Shown here in pieces: positions 34,174 through 46,643 of a DNA stretch of 64,000 bases; position 1 is the stretch's first letter; the number at the start of each line of letters is the position of its first letter. The notes beneath the pieces are model-generated. The model was not told where the DNA came from. It saw only the letters and a program-made list of their open reading frames with translations, and ran no database searches. A program made the translations under genes and the position numbers. Origin of the DNA: Candidatus Omnitrophota bacterium (GTDB lineage: Bacteria; Omnitrophota; Gorgyraeia; Gygaellales; Profunditerraquicolaceae); contig JBAZKK010000002.1 in NCBI GenBank assembly GCA_041650795.1, forward strand, positions 10,731-74,730. Direction: 5' to 3'.

Positions 34174-35132
34174 ACGTGTTGAAGCGAGCTAAAGAGGTTC
34201 TCAGTATCGAGGCCAAGGCGATCAGCGACCTCAAAAACAGGATTAACCGCGATTTTCAAAAGGCGGTGCAGATTATCATGAATACCAGGGGTAGAGTAGT
34301 GGTCAGCGGCATGGGCAAGGCCGGCATTATTGCCCAGAAGCTTTCCGCGACCCTCTCCTCTACCGGTACCCCGAGCTTATTCTTGCATTCAGCCGAGGCT
34401 ATCCATGGGGACCTGGGACGCGTGGTTTCGGATGACACCGTGATTATACTGTCTAACAGCGGAGAGACGGACGAGGTCAAAAAGTTCCTCCCGCTTCTTA
34501 AAAAAATAGGCGTGCCTATCATTTCTCTGACCGGCAACACCCGTTCTGTGCTGGCGCGTTACAGCGACGTGGTTTTAAATAGCGCGGTGGAAAAAGAGGC
34601 CTGCCCGTTGGGCCTGGCTCCTACCGCCTCTACTACCGCGATGCTGGCAATGGCTGACGCACTGGCAGTGTGCCTCCTGGAACTGAAGGGTTTCAAGGAG
34701 AAGGACTTCGCTTTTTACCACCCCGGCGGCCTGCTCGGCAGGAGGCTCCTTTTGAAAGTAGGAGATATCATGCGCACCGGCAGCTCCCACGCCGTGGTGC
34801 CTAAAGACAAAAAGGTCTCCGAGGTTTTATTTAAAATAACCCATTCCCGCGCCGGAAGCGCTACGGTGGTAGACAAAAACGGGAAACTGGCCGGTATTTT
34901 TACGGACGGTGACCTGCGCAGGCACCTGGAGGCTGACCCCGACCTTGCCAGGCGTAAGGTCAAGGACGTAATGACCAAAAACCCCATTGCGGTCAAGCCC
35001 CAGATGCTGGCGGCGGAGGCAATGCGGATCCTGGAAGGCAGGAATATTGACGAGGTACCGGTAATCGACGATAAAGGCAGGCCCGTCGGGGTTCTGGACG
35101 TGCAGGATTTATTGAAAGCGGGACTAGTTTAA
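34164..35132 (+). CDS. kdsD: Arabinose-5-phosphate isomerase (SIS domain plus two CBS domains)
   Basis: VVVSGMGKAGIIAQKLSATLSSTGTPS and HPGGLLG, with a CBS pair in the C-terminal part. Confidence 0.9.
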   Translation: MAINVLKRAKEVLSIEAKAISDLKNRINRDFQKAVQIIMNTRGRVVVSGMGKAGIIAQKLSATLSSTGTPSLFLHSAEAIHGDLGRVVSDDTVIILSNSGETDEVKKFLPLLKKIGVPIISLTGNTRSVLARYSDVVLNSAVEKEACPLGLAPTASTTAMLAMADALAVCLLELKGFKEKDFAFYHPGGLLGRRLLLKVGDIMRTGSSHAVVPKDKKVSEVLFKITHSRAGSATVVDKNGKLAGIFTDGDLRRHLEADPDLARRKVKDVMTKNPIAVKPQMLAAEAMRILEGRNIDEVPVIDDKGRPVGVLDVQDLLKAGLV

Positions 35133-35678
35133 ATGAACGACGCCAACGCGCTTGATGTCAATATCGCGGCAAAGGCAGCCAAGGTCAAGCTTCTCCTTCT
35201 TGACGTAGACGGTGTTTTAACCGACGGCCGCATCATCTATGACTCCAAGGGCCGCGATTCAAAATTCTTCGACGTTCACGACGGGATGGGGGTTTACCTT
35301 TTGTACCGCGCCGGCATCCCCACTGTCCTCATTACCGCCAAGAGCTCGCGCTCAATCAGGCCGCGCGCCAGGGATATGCGGGTCTCCGAGGTATTCGCGG
35401 ACATCTCTCCTAAGAGCGCGGTGCTGGATAGGATCTTGAAGAAATACCGCCTGACTTGCGACCAGATATGCTTTGTGGGCGATGACCTGGTAGACCTTTG
35501 CCTGATGAAGAAGGTGGGGTTTGCGGTAGCAGTCTTCAACGCCTCCCCGGAGATAAAACAGGCAGCCTCTTACATTACCATCAGGCACGGAGGAAGAGGC
35601 GCGGTGCGCGAGGTCAGCGAGTTGATCCTTAAATCCAAGGGCAGATGGAAAGAAATGGTCCGCCTCTATGATATCTAA
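35133..35678 (+). CDS. kdsC: 3-deoxy-D-manno-octulosonate 8-phosphate phosphatase (HAD family)
   Basis: LLLLDVDGVLTDGRIIYDSKG, VGDDLVDL and the family-typical tail. Confidence 0.85.
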   Translation: MNDANALDVNIAAKAAKVKLLLLDVDGVLTDGRIIYDSKGRDSKFFDVHDGMGVYLLYRAGIPTVLITAKSSRSIRPRARDMRVSEVFADISPKSAVLDRILKKYRLTCDQICFVGDDLVDLCLMKKVGFAVAVFNASPEIKQAASYITIRHGGRGAVREVSELILKSKGRWKEMVRLYDI

Positions 35679-36606
35679 ATGCCTCATATGGATATCGGCA
35701 CTCTTTTTATCGTGCGGTGCACCTTTATACGCGTTGGACAGCGGGGCGCTTGAGTCGGCTCAGCAGATTAATGAATTCTCGCTGGCCGGTTATGGCGAGA
35801 AAGGCAAGAAGACCTGGGACCTAAGCGCCCACTCCGCGGACATCTTTGATAATATCGTAAAATTAAAAGAAATAACCGGCAACCTCTACGGAGACAGCGA
35901 GGATATCGCCTTGAGCGCCAGGAAAGGGGATTTCGATAAAGTAAATTCCCGGGTTCACCTGGAGGACGAGGTAGTTATCACCAGCTCCGGAGGAGCGAGG
36001 CTCACTACCGATAGCCTGGATTGGGACCGCAAAAAGCAGGTTGTCTCTACCAAAGAGCTTGTAAATATCGAGAAAGGAAACATGGTTACCAGCGGTCGAG
36101 GCGCGACAGGCAATACCGATTTAAAACGCGTCAACCTTAACGAGGACGTCAAGGTGGAGATAACGCAGGAAGAAAAAGCGCCATCGCCGTCCGATAAGAA
36201 GGTCGGCGGCGAAAAAATCACCATTACCTGCGACGGGGCGCTTGAGGTGGATTACGAAAAAAATGTTGCAGTGTTCAATAAAAATGTTAAAGTAGTAAGG
36301 CATGACCTGGAGATCGACAGCGACACAATGGAGGTTTATTTCATACCTTCCCGCAAAGATGCCGAAGGCGGCTTCTCGGGCACCGGGGAAAAAGCGGCCG
36401 GCGCCGGCGATATGAGCGCCGCGGCAATGGGCAATAGCATAGACAGGATTATCGCGCGCGGAAATGTCAGGATTGTGCGCGGGGATAACGTCTCTTATAG
36501 TGATGAAGCGATGTATAGCAGCCTGGATAAGAAGATTACGCTCTTGGGCAAACCCAGGCTCATAATTTATTCGGCGGAGGAGCTTAATGCACCTGCTGGA
36601 AATTAA
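35668..36606 (+). CDS. LPS transport periplasmic protein with LptC-like and LptA/OstA-like halves (apparent fusion)
   Basis: N-terminal signal/anchor, then an LptC-like region ([24 protein letters not shown]...). After a Ser/Pro/Lys linker near nt 36170-36220 comes an OstA-like half ([24 protein letters not shown]...[19 protein letters not shown]). Confidence 0.6.
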   Translation: MISKCLIWISALFLSCGAPLYALDSGALESAQQINEFSLAGYGEKGKKTWDLSAHSADIFDNIVKLKEITGNLYGDSEDIALSARKGDFDKVNSRVHLEDEVVITSSGGARLTTDSLDWDRKKQVVSTKELVNIEKGNMVTSGRGATGNTDLKRVNLNEDVKVEITQEEKAPSPSDKKVGGEKITITCDGALEVDYEKNVAVFNKNVKVVRHDLEIDSDTMEVYFIPSRKDAEGGFSGTGEKAAGAGDMSAAAMGNSIDRIIARGNVRIVRGDNVSYSDEAMYSSLDKKITLLGKPRLIIYSAEELNAPAGN

Positions 36607-37309
36607 GGCCATCACCAAGTCCTACGACGGCAGGCAGGTCGTTAAAGGAATAGACCTTTTAGTCAAGCGCGGGGAGATCGTAGGGCTCTTGGGCCCTAAC
36701 GGCGCAGGCAAGACTACCACTTTCTATATGGTGGTGGGGATTGTTTCCCCGGATAACGGCAGGATTGTTTTTGATAACCAGGACATCACGAGGCTGCCCA
36801 TACACGAACGCGCCCGTTACGGCATCGGTTACCTTTCGCAGGAACCGTCGATTTTCAGGAAATTGAGCGTACGCGATAATATCATGGCAATCTTGGAAAC
36901 CCTGCCGATAACCAGGCATGAGAGGGAGGAGAGGCTGGGGGAGCTTCTTAAGGAGCTCAACATATCGCATCTGGCGAAGAATAAGGCCTATACCTTGTCC
37001 GGCGGAGAGAGGAGGCGCCTGGAGATTACCAGGGCGTTGGTGAGCAACCCGTCCTTTATACTGCTGGATGAGCCTTTTTCCGGAATCGACCCTATCGTAG
37101 TCAGCGAGGCCCAGGAGATTATCAAGGAACTTAGGACCAAGGGGCTGGGGATTTTATTGACAGACCACAATGTGCGCGAGACCCTTTCCATTACCGACCG
37201 GGCATACCTGATAGCCGACGGCAGGATACTTATTTCCGGCACGGCGCAGGATTTGATCGCCGACCCTAAGGCGCGCGAGCTGTATCTGGGCGAAAAGTTC
37301 AGCATGTAA
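36587..37309 (+). CDS. lptB: LPS export ABC transporter ATP-binding protein
   Basis: [14 protein letters not shown] Walker [12 protein letters not shown] signature and ILLDEPF Walker B. Sits in the conserved kdsD-kdsC-lptC-lptA-lptB order. Confidence 0.9.
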   Translation: MHLLEIKAITKSYDGRQVVKGIDLLVKRGEIVGLLGPNGAGKTTTFYMVVGIVSPDNGRIVFDNQDITRLPIHERARYGIGYLSQEPSIFRKLSVRDNIMAILETLPITRHEREERLGELLKELNISHLAKNKAYTLSGGERRRLEITRALVSNPSFILLDEPFSGIDPIVVSEAQEIIKELRTKGLGILLTDHNVRETLSITDRAYLIADGRILISGTAQDLIADPKARELYLGEKFSM

Positions 37310-37326
37310 GGAGAGTTATCTAAGAT

Positions 37327-38205
37327 ATGAAGACAGAGATCAAGAAAATCGACGGTACCAAAAGAGAATTGCACATCGAGGTGGAAGGGGATGTCGTCAA
37401 CAATAAATTCGACGACGTATTGAAAAAAATAGGCCAGGAAGCAAAGGTAGCGGGTTTCAGGCCGGGGCATGCCCCCCGCGATGTCATCGAGAAACATTAT
37501 TCCTCCCAGGCCCATGAGCAGGTGCTGAAGGAGCTTATCCCGGATGTCTATAACCAGGCGATAGAGAAGGAGGGGCTTGATGTAATCGAACTGCCGAATA
37601 TCTACGACGTTAAGCTCACCCGTAGCAATCTCGCTTTCAAGGCGGCGGTAGAGGTTACCCCGGAAATAAAACTCGGTAATTATAAAGGCATAAAGGTCGA
37701 ATATAAAAATATCGAGGTTACGCCGGAAGAGCTAAAGCGCCGCATAGATTCCTTAAGGGAATCACGCAAGGCCCAGGAGGCCGACGATAGCTTTGCCAGG
37801 GGGCTCGGATATCCTGGTCTGGCTGAACTGGAGAAGACGCTATCCCAACAGGTCTTTCTGGAGAAGGAAAAGCAACAGCACCGCAGGATCGAGGAGAACT
37901 TAATCGAGGCGCTTACAAAACAGGCAGATTTCAAGCTCCCGGAGTCGATGGTAAAGAGGCAATTGGAGGATTTCCTGCGTAGGGCAAAGCTGGACCTGGC
38001 GTTAAAAGGCGTTGCGCGAGAGAAGATTGACGAGAATGAAGGGGAATTGAAAAAAGATTTGGAGCCAGAGGCCCGTTCACAGGTCAGGACCTATCTTGTC
38101 CTGGCGGCGGTGGCGCGCAAGGAGAATATCGCTATAAATGACGAGATGCCGGCGAAGGTATTGGAATTCCTTTTAAGAGAGGCCAGTTGGCAGCAGGTAA
38201 AATAA
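37327..38205 (+). CDS. tig: Trigger factor lacking the central FKBP-type PPIase domain
   Basis: N-terminal ribosome-binding domain with [16 protein letters not shown]. The sequence runs from ...[18 protein letters not shown] directly into the C-terminal arm region (DDSFARGLG...). The protein is 292 aa; as I recall, canonical trigger factors are substantially longer. Confidence 0.75.
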   Translation: MKTEIKKIDGTKRELHIEVEGDVVNNKFDDVLKKIGQEAKVAGFRPGHAPRDVIEKHYSSQAHEQVLKELIPDVYNQAIEKEGLDVIELPNIYDVKLTRSNLAFKAAVEVTPEIKLGNYKGIKVEYKNIEVTPEELKRRIDSLRESRKAQEADDSFARGLGYPGLAELEKTLSQQVFLEKEKQQHRRIEENLIEALTKQADFKLPESMVKRQLEDFLRRAKLDLALKGVAREKIDENEGELKKDLEPEARSQVRTYLVLAAVARKENIAINDEMPAKVLEFLLREASWQQVK

Positions 38206-38216
38206 GGGAGGCACAG

Positions 38217-38825
38217 ATGAGCACAAAGATGCAGACCTTGGTCCCCATGGTAATCGAGCAGAACCCCCGCGGTTATGAGCGCGCTTACGATATCTTTTCA
38301 CGGCTTTTAAAGGACCGCATTGTTTTCATCGGAACTCCGATTGACGATGCCGTCGCAAATCTTATCATCGCCCAGATGCTGTTTCTGCAGATGGAGGATT
38401 CCCATAAGGAAATCAATGTTTACATCAATTCCCCCGGAGGCTCGGTTACCGCAGGCCTGGCGATATATGATACGATGCAGTTCGTAAAGTGCGAGGTGGC
38501 CACTTACTGCGTCGGACAAGCCAGCAGTATGGGGGCATTACTCCTTTGCGCCGGCACCAAAGGCAAGCGTTCTGTCCTGCCGAATTCACGCATTATGATC
38601 CATCAGCCATGGGGAGGTATCGAGGGTGCGGCAGAGGATATTTCGCGCCATGCAAAGGAGATACTCAAGATGCGCGACCGCATAAACGAAATCTTAGCCA
38701 GGCATACCGGTCAGCCGCTGGAGAAGGTGCAGAAAGATACTGATCGCGATTATTTTATGTCCGCTGAAGAAGCCAAGAACTACGGTTTAGTAGACGAAGT
38801 TATCATCAGCCAGAAGATAAAATAA
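38217..38825 (+). CDS. clpP: ATP-dependent Clp protease proteolytic subunit
   Basis: [26 protein letters not shown] (active Ser) and IMIHQP (His). ATG 38217 follows a GGGAGG site. Confidence 0.9.
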   Translation: MSTKMQTLVPMVIEQNPRGYERAYDIFSRLLKDRIVFIGTPIDDAVANLIIAQMLFLQMEDSHKEINVYINSPGGSVTAGLAIYDTMQFVKCEVATYCVGQASSMGALLLCAGTKGKRSVLPNSRIMIHQPWGGIEGAAEDISRHAKEILKMRDRINEILARHTGQPLEKVQKDTDRDYFMSAEEAKNYGLVDEVIISQKIK

Positions 38826-38840
38826 AAGGAGATAGAGTAA

Positions 38841-39977
38841 ATGAGGAAGAGATACCTGCTTACACCGGGGCCTACCCCGTTGCCTTATGAGGTTTCGGAG
38901 GCCCAGGCCCGCCCGATAATACATCACCGCACCCCGCAGTTTCAGGCCTTCCTTAAAGAGGCGAGCGAAGGGCTAAAATACGTATTCCAGACGCAAAACG
39001 AGGTCTTCATCCTTGCTTCTTCCGGGACAGGTGCAATGGAAGCGGCAGTGGTGAATATTTTATCTGCCGGCGATATTGCCTTGACGGTAGAAGGAGGCAA
39101 ATTCGGGGAGAGGTGGACCGAGATCTGTTCCTCCTACGGGATTGAAACTGAGTTACTGAAGGTGGAATGGGGTAAAGCGGTTGATCCTAAGGAAATTTCC
39201 AGGCGCCTGGCAGCCAACCCCAGGATCAAGGCGGTCTTTACCACCCTCTGCGAGACCTCTACCGGCGTAACGTACGATATTGAGGCCATAGGCAAGGCAG
39301 TCAAGGACACCAGCGCTGTTTTGGTGGTGGACGCTATTTCGGGTCTCGGGGCAGTAGATTTAAAGACTGATGCCTGGGGTGTTGATATCTGCGTTTCGGG
39401 TTCCCAGAAAGGCCTGATGCTTCCGCCCGGGCTGGGTTTTATTTCGGTCAGCACCAAGGCCTGGAAGAAAATAGAAGAATCCAAGGCGCCCAAGTATTAC
39501 TTTAGCCTTAAGTTATGCCGTAAGGCCATGGAGAAAACCGATACCCCTTTTACGCCAGCCATTTCTTTGATTGTCGCTCTCATCGAGAGCCTGCGGATTA
39601 TCCGCCAGGACGGCTTGGATAAGGTTTTTAGCCGGCACAGGAAGATGGCAGATGCTACCCGCTCGGCGGTCAAGGCCCTGGGGTTGGAATTATTCGCGCC
39701 TACCGCGGCCTCGGATGCGGTGACTGCAGTCAAGGTTCCTGCCGGTATTGACGGGGAGAAGCTCGTCAAGACGATGCGCGATACCTACGGCGTTACCATC
39801 GCCGGGGGGCAGTCGGAATTAAAAGGGAAGGTTTTCCGCATTGCCCATATGGGTTATATCGAGGAGTTCGATATCATTGTCGGCATCTCGTGTCTGGAGA
39901 AGGTCCTGCACCAGATGGGATATAAATTCCAGCTCGGCTCAGGGGTAGGGGCTGCACAGGAGATATTCTTAAGCTAA
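38841..39977 (+). CDS. Class V PLP aminotransferase (serine-pyruvate / alanine-glyoxylate / phosphoserine aminotransferase-like)
   Basis: LLTPGPTPLP, SGTGAMEAA and SGSQKGLMLPPGLG (PLP lysine). Adjacent to serA. Confidence 0.75.
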   Translation: MRKRYLLTPGPTPLPYEVSEAQARPIIHHRTPQFQAFLKEASEGLKYVFQTQNEVFILASSGTGAMEAAVVNILSAGDIALTVEGGKFGERWTEICSSYGIETELLKVEWGKAVDPKEISRRLAANPRIKAVFTTLCETSTGVTYDIEAIGKAVKDTSAVLVVDAISGLGAVDLKTDAWGVDICVSGSQKGLMLPPGLGFISVSTKAWKKIEESKAPKYYFSLKLCRKAMEKTDTPFTPAISLIVALIESLRIIRQDGLDKVFSRHRKMADATRSAVKALGLELFAPTAASDAVTAVKVPAGIDGEKLVKTMRDTYGVTIAGGQSELKGKVFRIAHMGYIEEFDIIVGISCLEKVLHQMGYKFQLGSGVGAAQEIFLS

Positions 39978-39989
39978 GCGGAGGATTGA

Positions 39990-41576
39990 ATGTATAAGAT
40001 ACTTGTAAGCGATCCCCTTTCCGATAAGGGTTTAAAGATTTTAAGAGAAGTCAAGGAATTCGAGGTAGACGTTAAAATTGATTTAAAAACCGAAGCCCTA
40101 AAGGCGGTTATCAAGGATTACGACGCCCTGGTTGTGCGCAGCGCCACCAAGGTCACGCGTGAGATTATCGAGGCTGCCGGGAAACTTAAGGTTATCGGAC
40201 GGGCAGGGGTCGGCCTGGATAACGTTGACCTTGAAGCAGCTACCCAGAAGGGGATTATAGTGATGAACACCCCTGCCGGCAATACCATCTCTACGGCGGA
40301 GCATACCTTTAGCATGGTACTGGCGCTATCCAGGAATATCGCCCAGGCCAACTCCTCCATCAAAAAGGGGGAGTGGAAGCGCTCCAGATTCATCGGGGTG
40401 GAGCTTTACGGCAAGACCTTAGGGGTAGTGGGGCTGGGGCGTATCGGAAGCGAGGTCGCCAGGCACGCCTTGTCTTTCGGGATGAAGGTCCTGGCGTATG
40501 ACCCGTTTCTTTCGCGCGATGTTGCCAAGGGGATGGGTATTGAGCTTGTGGAATTGAAGGATTTATTCAAGCGGGCAGATTATATCAGCGTGCATACCCC
40601 GCTTACGGCGGAGACGACGCATATTATCTCAGGCAAGGAATTTTCCCTGATGAAGAAAGGTGTGCGTATCATCAACTGCGCCAGGGGAGGCATCGTTGAT
40701 GAGGAGGCATTACTCACTGCCATTAAAGAGGGAAAGGTCGCTGGAGCGGCGCTTGATGTTTTTGAAAAAGAGCCTCCGTCGGCTGATAGCGAACTTCTGA
40801 AGCTCGAGAATGTGGTCGCTACCCCTCATCTGGGCGCATCCACAGAAGAGGCGCAGGTGAATGTAGCAGTCGAGGTGGCGGAGATTGTGCGCGATGCGCT
40901 GCTTGGCTGCGGGATACGCAATGCCGCAAATTACCCCTGTGTTGACGCCGAGGTGTACAAGGTACTTGAACCCTACGTCAATCTCTCCGAGAAACTTGGC
41001 GTCTTTGCCAGCCAGCTGGCAGAAGGAAGATTCCAGGAGGTAAGCATTAATTACAGCGGTGATATCATCCAATACGATTTAAGCGCCCTGACTATGGCGC
41101 TGGTAAAGGGGCTGCTTTCCCCGATATTGAAGGATACGGTAAATTTTATCAATGCCACCAGTCTCGCAGGAGAGAGAGGTATTCTTATCAAGGAATCCAA
41201 GTCTTCCAAGGAAGAGGAATTTGTCACCCTGATAAAGGTGGAGATTAAGACCGATAAGGGCTCGCGCGTAGTCGCCGGTACACTCTCTTCCAACAAACAG
41301 CCGCGCATCGTCAAGATTGATGATTATTATGTTGAGGCCACGCCGGCGGGGGAGATGCTTGTGCTGCAGAACTGGGACCGCCCGGGTATCATCGGCTATC
41401 TCGGCACACTGATGGGTAAACACAATATCAATATTGCCAGCATGACCTTCGGCCGCGAGAAGCGCAAGGGCAAGGCCATCAGCCTTTTCAATGTTGATAG
41501 CCCGGTCTCCGAGGAACTCCTGGCCAAGATTAAAAAGAACGAAGACATCATTGCGGTAAAAACAATCAAAGTTTAA
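39990..41576 (+). CDS. serA: D-3-phosphoglycerate dehydrogenase (long form with ASB and ACT domains)
   Basis: GVVGLGRIGSEVA NAD-binding motif, NCARGGIVDE, ATPHLGAST and a C-terminal ACT-like region. Confidence 0.9.
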   Translation: MYKILVSDPLSDKGLKILREVKEFEVDVKIDLKTEALKAVIKDYDALVVRSATKVTREIIEAAGKLKVIGRAGVGLDNVDLEAATQKGIIVMNTPAGNTISTAEHTFSMVLALSRNIAQANSSIKKGEWKRSRFIGVELYGKTLGVVGLGRIGSEVARHALSFGMKVLAYDPFLSRDVAKGMGIELVELKDLFKRADYISVHTPLTAETTHIISGKEFSLMKKGVRIINCARGGIVDEEALLTAIKEGKVAGAALDVFEKEPPSADSELLKLENVVATPHLGASTEEAQVNVAVEVAEIVRDALLGCGIRNAANYPCVDAEVYKVLEPYVNLSEKLGVFASQLAEGRFQEVSINYSGDIIQYDLSALTMALVKGLLSPILKDTVNFINATSLAGERGILIKESKSSKEEEFVTLIKVEIKTDKGSRVVAGTLSSNKQPRIVKIDDYYVEATPAGEMLVLQNWDRPGIIGYLGTLMGKHNINIASMTFGREKRKGKAISLFNVDSPVSEELLAKIKKNEDIIAVKTIKV

Positions 41577-41598
41577 GATTATCGGAGGCTTTAGCGAA

Positions 41599-43329
41599 GT
41601 GAAAATCCGCACCTTTGCTCTGCTGTTTATTTTTCTTACCAGCGGCTGGACAATGGCCCGGGCCAAGGAATTTAATATCCTTTATACCGGCGGAACCCAC
41701 GCCATGCTCTATCCCTGCAATTGTCCTATTGAGCCTGACGGCGGTATTGCGCGCCGCGGGAGCCTTATCAAAGAACTCAGGAAGAAAAACCCCAATACGC
41801 TACTCTTGGATTCCGGCGATTTCTTTGCGGGCGGCTTACAGGACGAATATACCCAGAATAGCGGATTGGACATGCAGCGCACAACCATCGAGTTAGAGGC
41901 TATGGTGATAATGGGTTATGACGCGGTCGGCGTGGCCGGCGAAGAGTTTAATTTCACAAAGGATTTTCTGGAAAAAAGCATCAAGGAGGCAAAGTTCACT
42001 TTTCTCTCGGCCAATATCAAGTCCCCTCTTATGCGCCCCTACGTGCTCAAGGAAATAGACGGGGTGAAGTTTGGGATTACCTCCGTTATCAGTCCTTCTG
42101 TTCTAACCAAGGTCGGAGGGCTGGAGTTGTCAGAGCCGGGGGAGTCTTTGGGAAAAGTGCTTGCGCGCATGAAAAAGGAAGGCGTTGACATAGTAGTGCT
42201 CTTGAGCCGGATGGATGAAGCGCGGGACATGAACCTGATAAAAGAGGTGCCGGGAATCGATGTTATTATCGACGGCCAGGGCAGGGGCAAGGACGATATC
42301 TTTTTGAAGAGCGGCCCTACGCTCATTGTAAAGACATCCTGGCAGGGGAGGCATTTAGGGAGGTTGATGCTGGATATAGACGCCAGCAAGAAAATCGTCA
42401 ATTATAAGGCAGAACTCCTTAGGCTTTCGGATGAGATCCCCGATGAGCCGGCGATAACCGCAATCCTGCCGCAGTGCTTTTCCGACGCCAATTGTAAAAA
42501 GGGAAGCGTCAGAGGTTCCTGTAATAATCCCGGCACGCCGAAGGCGCGATGCGCATTTGCCAGGTCTGCTACAATCAGGTCGCTGGTTATAACTTCCAAG
42601 GGATGCGCTGTCTGCGATGCAGAGAAGGTGATAGGTTACTTAAAGAAGGAATTCCCGGGGCTTAGCGTGTCTTATCTCTATTACGGCAGCCGTAAGGCGG
42701 ATAGGTTGATTGCCGATTTCGGCATCAAGGGGCTTCCGGCTTATCTATTGGAGAAAGAGATAGAAAAGGAACCTAACTTTAGCAAGCTGGCGGATAAGGC
42801 AGTTCTTAAGGGGGATTATTACGTCCTGGAACCCAACTTCAGCGGATTGGCTTATTTGTTGGGCCGCAGGAAACAAAAAGGAAACATAGATGTCTTCCTT
42901 AGCCTTTATGATGCAAGTGCCGTCGGCATTCTGGAGAATGTCAGGCAGTATCAGCCGGCGTTGCACTTTCTGGTTACCGAGCAGGGAAGCGATTTTAGCG
43001 CTCTCAAGGGCAAGCCCGAGGTGGAAGAGAGCCTGCGCAGCGTCTGCGTCCAAAAATATTACCCTAAGCGTTACTGGGATTACCTTGTCTGCCGCGCCGC
43101 TAACATCAGCAGCAGCTGGTGGCAGGAATGCGCTTCCGGTATCGATGTGTCCAAGATTGCCGCGTGCGCCAGGGGCCAAGAGGGGGAGGCGCTTTTAAGA
43201 GACAATATCAGGCTGAACAAAGAGTTGGAGATTATGTTCGGCCCGCTATACCTTATTGATAATAATGAGATTTTTGGAATCCGCGGGGTGCCCAGCAAGG
43301 AAGAATTCCGCAGGATCTTTAAAAAATAA
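41599..43329 (+). CDS. Secreted protein: 5'-nucleotidase-like metallophosphatase fold with degenerate catalytic motifs, plus Cys-rich thioredoxin/DsbA-like C-terminal region
   Basis: Signal peptide, then YTGGTHAML, LLLDSGDFFAGG, GVAGEEFNF, LLSRMD and IIDGQGR aligned by eye to the DxH / GD / GNHE / H / GHxH motifs with the key residues replaced. C-terminal CAVCD and several further Cys residues. Confidence 0.5.
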   Translation: MKIRTFALLFIFLTSGWTMARAKEFNILYTGGTHAMLYPCNCPIEPDGGIARRGSLIKELRKKNPNTLLLDSGDFFAGGLQDEYTQNSGLDMQRTTIELEAMVIMGYDAVGVAGEEFNFTKDFLEKSIKEAKFTFLSANIKSPLMRPYVLKEIDGVKFGITSVISPSVLTKVGGLELSEPGESLGKVLARMKKEGVDIVVLLSRMDEARDMNLIKEVPGIDVIIDGQGRGKDDIFLKSGPTLIVKTSWQGRHLGRLMLDIDASKKIVNYKAELLRLSDEIPDEPAITAILPQCFSDANCKKGSVRGSCNNPGTPKARCAFARSATIRSLVITSKGCAVCDAEKVIGYLKKEFPGLSVSYLYYGSRKADRLIADFGIKGLPAYLLEKEIEKEPNFSKLADKAVLKGDYYVLEPNFSGLAYLLGRRKQKGNIDVFLSLYDASAVGILENVRQYQPALHFLVTEQGSDFSALKGKPEVEESLRSVCVQKYYPKRYWDYLVCRAANISSSWWQECASGIDVSKIAACARGQEGEALLRDNIRLNKELEIMFGPLYLIDNNEIFGIRGVPSKEEFRRIFKK

Positions 43330-43341
43330 AGAGGTGAACTC

Positions 43342-45856
<2,515 letters not shown>

Positions 45857-45906
45857 AGAAACGCGTTTCAGCCCACTCGGAAAACTGCTTCTGCATTGAA
45901 AAGGGC

Positions 45907-45935
45907 TTGACTAAATTTAGGGTATATGTTATAGT
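45907..45935 (+). promoter_or_regulatory. Near-consensus sigma70 promoter for the OmpA-like lipoprotein operon
   Basis: -35 TTGACT (45907-45912), 17-nt spacer, -10 TATAGT (45930-45935), followed by an AGGAGG site and ATG 45966. Confidence 0.6.
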
Positions 45936-45965
45936 TAACCTTATCCTAAAAACAGGAGGTAACAT

Positions 45966-46613
45966 ATGAGAGCGGCGTCCGTATTTAAAATGGCATTAAT
46001 AATATTGACAGTTACATCCCTTTCCGGATGCACCTTTATTTTCCAAAAGGGCAGGCGTTCGGATATCGAAAAGATACAAGACCTCTCCAGGCAGCTGGAT
46101 GAGCTAGGCCAGACCCAAAAAGTCCTGGAGGCTAGGCTTGCCCAGGAGATTAAGGATAAGCAGATTAAGCTTCAGATGATGGAGAAAGGGCTGGTAATTA
46201 CCTTTGTGGCGGATGTCCTCTTTGATTCCGGCAAGGCCAAGATCAAACCTTCGGCTTATGCTACGCTGGATAAGGTGGCAGAGGTCCTTAAGGACAATGT
46301 CCCCGAATATAATATCGGCATCGAAGGCCATACCGATAATGTCCCGATTAGGTTTTCGGGATGGAAGAGTAACTGGGAGCTTTCCACGGCGCGGGCATTG
46401 AGCGTATTGCATTATCTGGTAGGCGAAGAAGGCGTCGCGCCAACCAGGGTGTCTGCTATCGGTTACGGAGAATACAGGCCGGTTGCCTCCAACGATAACT
46501 CCGAAGGACGTCAGCTCAACCGCAGGGTAGAGATTGTTATCTTGCCCAAGATTTCCAAGGTGAAGGAAACCGCGAGAGAAGAGGTTCCCGCGCCTGCCGA
46601 GAATCTGAAGTAA
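45966..46613 (+). CDS. OmpA/MotB-family peptidoglycan-binding lipoprotein
   Basis: Lipobox LSGC. OmpA-C-like region LFDSGKAKI, GHTDNVPI, SNWELSTARA and NRRVEIVI. Confidence 0.8.
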   Translation: MRAASVFKMALIILTVTSLSGCTFIFQKGRRSDIEKIQDLSRQLDELGQTQKVLEARLAQEIKDKQIKLQMMEKGLVITFVADVLFDSGKAKIKPSAYATLDKVAEVLKDNVPEYNIGIEGHTDNVPIRFSGWKSNWELSTARALSVLHYLVGEEGVAPTRVSAIGYGEYRPVASNDNSEGRQLNRRVEIVILPKISKVKETAREEVPAPAENLK

Positions 46614-46643
46614 TAATATTATTTTTTGACAGTCCTGCCGAAA

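Noticed and set aside
45858-45869. Palindrome GAAACGCGTTTC after purA as a terminator or repeat family 2 member
   Set aside because: It has no loop and no U tract, is only 12 bp long, and its similarity to the AAACACTTTCC core is partial. This is not enough to call.
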